Of a stretch of 64,000 nt of DNA, positions 58,646 to 64,000 are shown one piece after another (position 1 is the first letter of the stretch; every line of letters begins with the position of its first letter). Source of the stretch: an uncultured bacterium. Its GTDB lineage: Bacteria > Patescibacteriota > Minisyncoccia > Moranbacterales > GWC2-37-73. The DNA lies in NCBI GenBank assembly GCA_903851135.1, contig CAINNK010000012.1, forward strand, positions 4,282 through 68,281. Direction: 5' to 3'. The translations under genes and the position numbers were made by a program. Under the pieces are notes generated by a model, which saw nothing but the letters and a program-made list of their open reading frames with translations, was not told where the DNA came from and made no database searches.

Positions 58646-58746
58646 GAATATATGTAGAATGTATTATGTAGAAAGTATAAAGTATGGCATTTTGTAATTA
58701 TGTATTTATACATAATACCTTATACAAAATACATGATACTAGTAAC

Positions 58747-58817
58747 GGAGGGGTCGCAGTGTGGGCCGGATGTGAGCAAGTACGAGCATTCGGCGGGTCA
58801 CAAAAGTGACCCAGGCA
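58747..58817 (+). other. tRNA-like 5' fragment (GGAGGGGTCGCAGTGTGG) fused to a structured repeat; homologous to 59427..59478
   Basis: first 18 nt mimic the tRNA-Ser 5' end; followed by hairpins GCCGGATG..CATTCGGC and GGGTCAC aaaa GTGACCC; GATGYGAG-AAKTACGAGCATTC...CCCAGGC shared with region after the tRNA. Confidence 0.45.
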
Positions 58818-58904
58818 AAAATTTAAAACCATTTTTTGTGGAGGCTTTGCCGACATATGAAGTATTGAATTTTTGAGTGCACCATGCAAATTCAGTTTCA
58901 AAGT

Positions 58905-58968
58905 GGAGGAGTCGCATAGTGGTCGAGTGCACCACCTTGTTCGCCCAAGGCGGATGCGCCTTGGGCGC
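58905..58968 (+). pseudogene. tRNA-Ser 5'-half fragment (acceptor, D-arm, anticodon-stem 5' strand) ending in anticodon loop, then unrelated 11-bp hairpin
   Basis: GGAGGAGTCGCATAGTGGTCGAGTGCACCACCTTG is 32/35 identical to positions 1-35 of the intact tRNA at 59310; followed by CGCCCAAGGCG gat CGCCTTGGGCG. Confidence 0.6.
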
Positions 58969-58985
58969 AGAAAGGTACCAATTAT

Positions 58986-59252
58986 ATGTTTTATATTTAT
59001 ATTATTTACAGTAAAAAACTGAATAAGAAATATATTGGATATTGTGAGAATCTAAAAAATAGAGTTAAGGAGCATAACAATGGAGAATCCAAATTTACTT
59101 CAAGAGGCGTTCCTTGGAGCCTGGTTTATTATCAAGTTTTTTTAAGTGAAGCTGATGCGCGTAACGAGGAAAGATTTTTGAAATCTGGAAAAGGAAGGGA
59201 TAGATTGAAATTCTTATTAAATGATACAATGAATAAAATCAAGCAATTTTAA
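58986..59252 (+). CDS. GIY-YIG nuclease family small protein (YhbQ/UPF0213-like)
   Basis: MFYIYIIYSKKLNKKYIGYCENLKNRVKEHNNG ... W.LVYYQVF..EADARNEERFLK. Confidence 0.8.
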   Translation: MFYIYIIYSKKLNKKYIGYCENLKNRVKEHNNGESKFTSRGVPWSLVYYQVFLSEADARNEERFLKSGKGRDRLKFLLNDTMNKIKQF

Positions 59253-59309
59253 TATTATTTTTGTCTGTTTGTGGTTACTATCTAATGAAATAATACATTA
59301 AAGTAATTT

Positions 59310-59399
59310 GGAGAGGTCGCATAGTGGTCTAGTGCACCACCTTGGAAAGGTGGCATACTGTAAAAGGTATCGGGGGTTCAAATCCCCCTCTCTCCTCCA
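59310..59399 (+). tRNA. tRNA-Ser (anticodon GGA), class II with long variable arm, CCA encoded
   Basis: acceptor GGAGAGG/TCTCTCC, D-stem GCA/TGC, anticodon stem CCACC/GGTGG loop TTGGAAA, variable arm, T-arm GGGGG TTCAAAT CCCCC, 3' TCCA. Confidence 0.85.
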
Positions 59400-59498
59400 A
59401 ATTCAAAAATGTGAAAGGGGATTAGAAGGGCGCGAGTGGGATGCGAGGAATACGAGCATTCTGTGTGTAGCGCCCAGGCTTCGAGTCGGAGCGAGAAG

Positions 59499-59517
59499 AA
59501 ATCCCCCTCTCTCCTCA
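59499..59517 (+). other. duplicated tRNA-Ser 3'-end fragment (T-stem 3' strand plus acceptor 3' strand)
   Basis: AAATCCCCCTCTCTCCTCA, 100 nt downstream of the intact tRNA, preceded by the repeat homologous to 58765..58817. Confidence 0.55.
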
Positions 59518-59672
59518 ATGAAGTTAAGAAAGAGAGCAAGCAAATGATTTTGCTTGTGTGGGGATTTGAACGCCGGAGCATATTTTTATCAGTGGATGAA
59601 AATGCGAGGCGGTGGTGCGAATATAAAAATAAATTATATTTAAAATTGTTCCAATCTTTATTTATAAAGAAT

Positions 59673-60740
59673 ATGAGTATAGAACAACCCAATTTTACTC
59701 CACAGTTTGAGAAAAAAAATGAAATCAAGGAAGCAGAAAAGCAACGCACCTACGCCGAAGTCCAGGCGGAAGTCAGTTCATTTCAGAAGCAATTTGGAGA
59801 AATGCAAAGTGAAATTAGAAAAACTCTGGAACTAGGGCAGATACCAGACGATGAGTATGAAAAAGTCCAATTGAGAAGAAAATTAGTGGAGGAAAAATAC
59901 GGGCAACTTATAGAAGAATTCACAACGTCTATGCAACGAGAGGCTGAGATTAACCGCACTCGTTACGAAAATGATTTTTTGACAACGTTGCCTCCCGAAA
60001 GAAGAAAATTAATAGAAAACCAAATAAGGGAAATATATAATAGTCATCCATTGTGGCATGGCACTGGAAAATCACGCTATACTTCGATTGGAGCATCGAA
60101 ATATGAAGGCATAGATCATGGCAAAGAGATAACGCAAGTATTGAGAAAAATTTTACAAGAAGGCATAGTGCCAGCCTACGATCCTTACGCAGAGCAATCA
60201 ATTGGAACACCAAAAAGTACTTCGCTCACAAAGCAAAGAATGCTAGCCAGGGCATTTTCTGATGTCAGCCTAGCAAAGGGCGATGAATTAAAGTTTACAT
60301 ACGGTGCTACTCTTTATTGGCATTCTCTATTATTGTTGAGGCAGGAAAAATTGGAAGAAATTTTACAGGGTAAGCCCAGCACCACAAAGCAGACCCAACT
60401 TTGGATTAATGATACGAACAATGAGACCATCATTATGGACGGTAGTGATGTTATTGAGACTTTGAGAAAAACGCGCTCAACCATTAAGGATAATTTTCCA
60501 GTTATTTTCGGGATTGATCCAATTAAAATTGTAACCAAAGATCTTAAAAAAATTGATATCAGTGCGGAAACTGAGATACGATCAATTGAGCCTATCCCAG
60601 TAGCGGCATTTACTCATATTGAAGTTCCTTGGAAAAATTTGGAAGAAGTGGAAGCATTGCTTAAAGAATTAAACATTGATTTGCCTGTCATTCCCATTGA
60701 GGAGGGAGAGCGGTGGATGAGTTATCATAAAGTTCAATAA
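59673..60740 (+). CDS. hypothetical protein (355 aa)
   Basis: start at MSIEQPNF; the upstream part of the track ORF overlaps tRNA-derived repeats. Confidence 0.45.
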   Translation: MSIEQPNFTPQFEKKNEIKEAEKQRTYAEVQAEVSSFQKQFGEMQSEIRKTLELGQIPDDEYEKVQLRRKLVEEKYGQLIEEFTTSMQREAEINRTRYENDFLTTLPPERRKLIENQIREIYNSHPLWHGTGKSRYTSIGASKYEGIDHGKEITQVLRKILQEGIVPAYDPYAEQSIGTPKSTSLTKQRMLARAFSDVSLAKGDELKFTYGATLYWHSLLLLRQEKLEEILQGKPSTTKQTQLWINDTNNETIIMDGSDVIETLRKTRSTIKDNFPVIFGIDPIKIVTKDLKKIDISAETEIRSIEPIPVAAFTHIEVPWKNLEEVEALLKELNIDLPVIPIEEGERWMSYHKVQ

Positions 60741-60792
60741 AGATTGCTCTATTCTTTTATCCTTTTGAAGCACAGTGCATAGCCATTTTGTG

Positions 60793-60844
60793 TAACTTTA
60801 TAAAGTTTGCAATTATTGACAAACTTTATAAAGTTTGATAATAT
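60793..60844 (+). promoter_or_regulatory. promoter TTGACA-17-TAATAT with two copies of perfect palindrome AAACTTTATAAAGTTT (one filling the spacer)
   Basis: taACTTTATAAAGTTTg caattaTTGACA AACTTTATAAAGTTTGA TAATAT tggggc ATG; -10 ends 6 nt before the start codon. Confidence 0.65.
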
Positions 60845-60850
60845 TGGGGC

Positions 60851-61774
60851 ATGAATACTCAAGACAAGCTCAAAATCATTCAAAAGCTTTCAGGACTGAC
60901 TCAAACTGAAATTGCTGCCAAGGTAGGCGTGTCTTTTGTGGCGTTTAACAATTGGTGGAATGAAAAAGCTAAACCGAGAAAGAAACAAGTTGAGGCGATT
61001 GATGAGCTGTATCGGCTTTATACAGGACAAAAAGAAATTCCAGCAAGTGTTTTGGCTTCTAAAAAACAACTTTTACAAAAAAGATCAACAAGATTCAAAA
61101 GTGTGATTGAGGTGATTTTGAAAAATTCTGACATCTATGATCAGTTTTTATTGTCGCTGACCTATAATTCCAACAAGATTGAAGGTTCAACGCTTTCTGA
61201 GGACGAAACAGCGGACATTATTTTCAATAATAAATCGATTCCTAATAAAAGTATCATTGAACAACTTGAGGTCAAGAATCATCAAGCTGCGTTGCAATAT
61301 CTTTTTCAGTACCTCAAAAATTCCAAGAAAATTAATGAGGAGCTGATTTTGAAACTGCATAGCATCTTGATGAATGGAATCAGGGAGGATGCAGGCATGT
61401 ATCGAAATCACGGTGTGCGCATTGTGGGGTCAAATGTTCCAACTGCCAATTTTTTGAAAGTGCCAGTGTTAATGAAGGACATTGTTGAAAAGATAAGTCA
61501 AAAGAAAAAAGACGAAGTTGAACATATTTCTCAAATTCATGCCAGTTTCGAGCAAATTCATCCTTTTTCTGATGGTAATGGTCGGGTTGGCAGAATGATT
61601 TTAACAGCGATGCTTTTGAAAAGCAATTTTGCGCCAGCCGTCATCAAGCAAGAAGAAAAGCAAATCTATTATGCGTGCTTGCGCAAGGCGCAGCTTCAGG
61701 ATGATTCAACTCAATTGGAAGATTTCATTTGTGAAGCTGTTGAATTTGGATTTGAAATTATCGAGAGGAAATAA
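60851..61774 (+). CDS. Fic family protein with N-terminal XRE-type HTH domain (class II inhibitory motif present)
   Basis: HTH LSGLTQTEIAAKVGVSFVAFNNWWNEKAKP; inhibitory YNSNKIEGSTLS; Fic motif HPFSDGNGRVGRM. Confidence 0.8.
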   Translation: MNTQDKLKIIQKLSGLTQTEIAAKVGVSFVAFNNWWNEKAKPRKKQVEAIDELYRLYTGQKEIPASVLASKKQLLQKRSTRFKSVIEVILKNSDIYDQFLLSLTYNSNKIEGSTLSEDETADIIFNNKSIPNKSIIEQLEVKNHQAALQYLFQYLKNSKKINEELILKLHSILMNGIREDAGMYRNHGVRIVGSNVPTANFLKVPVLMKDIVEKISQKKKDEVEHISQIHASFEQIHPFSDGNGRVGRMILTAMLLKSNFAPAVIKQEEKQIYYACLRKAQLQDDSTQLEDFICEAVEFGFEIIERK

Positions 61775-61857
61775 ATAATTACCAATTAATATTTTTTCCA
61801 ATTGCGTTTTAGTAAAAATGTTATTTAATTGGATTAATTATTGTCTAGTTAAATTTT

Positions 61858-62625
61858 ATGCCAGAATTACCAAAAAATACTTTTTATGATGTCAACAAAT
61901 TTCCAGCCGTGGAGGGCATGTTGGTATTCCCGATTTCCATGAGCAGGATTAGTAATGAATCTCAAAATGCTAAAAAATATTGGCAGTATCTTGAACACAT
62001 AAATCCAAATAAAATAAACAAAAATGTGCCCAACTCTAAAGTTGGTGCAATATTTGTGTATGGTGATTATCTTTATTTGTATTCAGATGAAAAAGCCGGC
62101 ACCTTGAAGCGAAGATATATGGACTTGGTGGCTTCTCACAAAAATTCATTTGGCAATTTATTAAAAGGTGACCCGCATCTGATTAGCGATAGTATTTCTT
62201 ACAAAGTATGGAATCAACTTTATTTGGATTGCGACAAATTCGTCTTTTATCTTGATAGTCTTAAAAAAATTTATGACGAAGATGAAAAATTCCAGAGTTA
62301 TATAAAAAAAGATTTTGAAAAATTGGATAATCCAAAAAGATTATTGGATGAAAATCAATTATGTTTTTTTCTTGAAGAACATTTGATGTTGTATCTCATA
62401 GCCAAAGGTCAAATGAAACTAGAAAACAGCTTTATCAATGGTCATGAGAAATGGATATTAGTGGCTTATCCCGGCAAACCCTTAAAAGCCCATGTCTATC
62501 TGCATCAGAAGAATTTTTTTAATTTGGATAATCCTCAAAATGCCTATCAAAACTCTTGGTATGATTTAGAAGGCAAAAAACTTTACGATTTCAATCGTAT
62601 TGATCTGGAAACGTTTGATCTTTAA
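61858..62625 (+). CDS. hypothetical protein
   Basis: 255-aa ORF; no motif. Confidence 0.45.
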   Translation: MPELPKNTFYDVNKFPAVEGMLVFPISMSRISNESQNAKKYWQYLEHINPNKINKNVPNSKVGAIFVYGDYLYLYSDEKAGTLKRRYMDLVASHKNSFGNLLKGDPHLISDSISYKVWNQLYLDCDKFVFYLDSLKKIYDEDEKFQSYIKKDFEKLDNPKRLLDENQLCFFLEEHLMLYLIAKGQMKLENSFINGHEKWILVAYPGKPLKAHVYLHQKNFFNLDNPQNAYQNSWYDLEGKKLYDFNRIDLETFDL

Positions 62626-62672
62626 ATGTAGTTTGCACATAAAGCAAATATCACACTTTACAATTTAAAAAT

Positions 62673-62996
62673 ATGGCAACCAAACAAGCAACCGTCGATT
62701 ATATTTTGGATCAGTTAGCATCTTTGAATGGTGTGCACGCTCGCAAAATGTTTGGGGAATATGCGCTCTACTTCGACGGGAAAGTGGTGGGTCTGATTTG
62801 CGATGACACGCTTTTTGTCAAAATCACTGAGGGCGGCAAGCAATTTGTCGGCGGCTTTTATCAGGAAGGTTTTGCCTATCCCGGCGCCAAGGCTTCAGTG
62901 GAAATTTCCGGAGACCTGCTTGAGGATCATCGTTGGCTCTGCGAACTTATTCTGATCACCGCTAGTGAGTTGCCATTGCCAAAAAAGAAAAAATAA
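62673..62996 (+). CDS. TfoX/Sxy N-terminal domain protein
   Basis: ARKMFGEYALYFDGKVVGLICDDTLFVKI matches the TfoX_N pattern (MFGGxxLYxDGxhFAhhxDDxLYLK). Confidence 0.7.
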   Translation: MATKQATVDYILDQLASLNGVHARKMFGEYALYFDGKVVGLICDDTLFVKITEGGKQFVGGFYQEGFAYPGAKASVEISGDLLEDHRWLCELILITASELPLPKKKK

Positions 62997-63025
62997 AAAT
63001 TGAATATATTTTGTGAAATAAAAAT

Positions 63026-63055
63026 AAGGCAGAACATTGGATATGTTCTGCCTTT
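63026..63055. terminator. bidirectional hairpin terminator
   Basis: AAGGCAGAACAT tggat ATGTTCTGCCTTT. Confidence 0.65.
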
Positions 63056-63063
63056 AACCGTTT

Positions 63064-63633
63064 TTACTTTTTCATTGCGAAGCGGTAAGCATCGATAATG
63101 AAAAGTAAGGATGCTAATTGCTGTGCGGCAAGCATTGGGAAACCTTGGTTGGCTGTCAGCCATGCACATGAGATATGCATTGCGATATACCAGAGGTAAC
63201 CGTTCGCATTTTTCTTTGCAAGAAAGTATGTTCCTGCAAGGAAAGTGCTGGCCAGCACTATTTCTAACCACTGACTAAGGCTCCTAAATCCTCCAAGGTC
63301 ATAGATGCTATAACCTAAGCCTAGGACTATAGCGACTATTGAAAGACGATCCAGTAGCTTGTAAGCCTTGCTACTACCTTTCAAAGCAGTAATAATTCCA
63401 AGTACGATACTTGGAACGGCACTTGATTCCAGGCAAGCTGCGATCCAATCGTGACGAATCACGAATAGAATTACCCAAGCTGGCAAACCTATCAAGCAAG
63501 CTAGCCAAGAAGCAACACGCAGCCACTTCTTTAAATCTTTACTACCGCTTTTCTCTGCTCGCTCAGAAAGCGAAAAGAGAATTTTATTGAGGAGATAAAA
63601 AACTCCTCCCAATATCTGCAATAACGCTTCCAT
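63064..63633 (-). CDS. hypothetical multi-pass membrane protein
   Basis: 5-6 hydrophobic helices. Confidence 0.45.
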   Translation of the reverse strand: MEALLQILGGVFYLLNKILFSLSERAEKSGSKDLKKWLRVASWLACLIGLPAWVILFVIRHDWIAACLESSAVPSIVLGIITALKGSSKAYKLLDRLSIVAIVLGLGYSIYDLGGFRSLSQWLEIVLASTFLAGTYFLAKKNANGYLWYIAMHISCAWLTANQGFPMLAAQQLASLLFIIDAYRFAMKK

Positions 63634-63665
63634 TTTATTCCTAGGTTTTATTTTTGGAATTTTTT

Positions 63666-63977
63666 TTACTTTTCTTCAACTGTCGTTCCTGGTACAAGGG
63701 CAACTCTCTCAAAATGTCCGTCCACATACTCTATGTGGACGGTTGCAATGAAATTTTTTGTGCCCTGTACGGGTACAGATTTTAGTGATACCTCTTTTGT
63801 CATCTCAAAATTTTTGAGCTGGTGTGCTCCATAAATGGAACAAAATATCAAACTTGTTGCCACAAGTCCAATAAGTTTATGCTTTAAGGGGATATCGAAA
63901 TCGAAAAGTGATATTGCAGCAACTAAAAAGCATACAAATATCACAATCATTATTACTGCGTAGTAAATATTTTCCAT
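63666..63977 (-). CDS. hypothetical small membrane protein
   Basis: two TM helices; 103 aa. Confidence 0.4.
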   Translation of the reverse strand: MENIYYAVIMIVIFVCFLVAAISLFDFDIPLKHKLIGLVATSLIFCSIYGAHQLKNFEMTKEVSLKSVPVQGTKNFIATVHIEYVDGHFERVALVPGTTVEEK

Positions 63978-64000
63978 GGTCGTAGTTATTTGGTTTTCAA

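Noticed and set aside
58905-59310. Group I intron (with GIY-YIG homing endonuclease) interrupting tRNA-Ser in the anticodon loop
   Set aside because: The downstream tRNA is complete with its own 5' half, only about 110 nt of non-coding sequence is available (too little for a group I core), and no P1-P9-like conserved elements were evident; partial duplication is the simpler reading.
59540-59625. CGTTCAAATCC (minus strand) as T-loop of a second tRNA
   Set aside because: Flanking sequence cannot form T-stem, acceptor or anticodon stems; it is probably a chance match.

Overview
AT-rich bacterial window with small genes, frequent leaderless or SD-less starts, and a lamin-tail-domain surface protein, a tandem-fused type IV pilus/T2SS ATPase and an expanded TrmB-like regulator family. 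By inference this fits a Patescibacteria/CPR-like genome; lineage cannot be proven from sequence alone. Housekeeping genes present: polA, ruvA, ruvB, ruvC, yebC, pyk, tsaE, a murE-like Mur ligase, a FemAB-family transferase, class A PBP, htpX, LemA, a CDF transporter, a SAM methyltransferase, a PRTase, and tRNA-Ser(GGA). They are interleaved with accessory segments, listed as follows. (1) A large KAP-family P-loop NTPase with N-terminal TM helices, next to a Fic protein. (2) A minus-strand cluster with a radical-SAM/SPASM enzyme and a 100-aa protein that share a palindromic operator, plus a PRT-like hypothetical. (3) A run of unrelated small genes (HD-domain, NAD-binding and small hypothetical proteins) that share a conserved 3' hairpin-plus-motif element and, in two cases, a near-identical promoter/leader; this looks cassette-like. 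(4) Five paralogs of a TrmB-like wHTH regulator, three of them attached to a GTCATYC...GRATGAC inverted-repeat element. (5) An operon of 7TM protein, ATP-grasp::retropepsin fusion, second ATP-grasp and GT4 glycosyltransferase, followed by a DUF1704/QEGLA-like HExxH protein split by an in-frame TAA. (6) A rearranged tRNA-Ser locus with tRNA 5' and 3' fragments, a GIY-YIG mini-gene and local direct repeats, followed by an HTH-Fic gene with perfect palindromic operators. (7) A GC-rich roughly 150-nt segment with a 15-bp closing helix upstream of ruvB, proposed as a structured ncRNA. No CRISPR array, integrase or transposase was recognised. All functional calls are from motif recognition by eye; nothing here is a database result.
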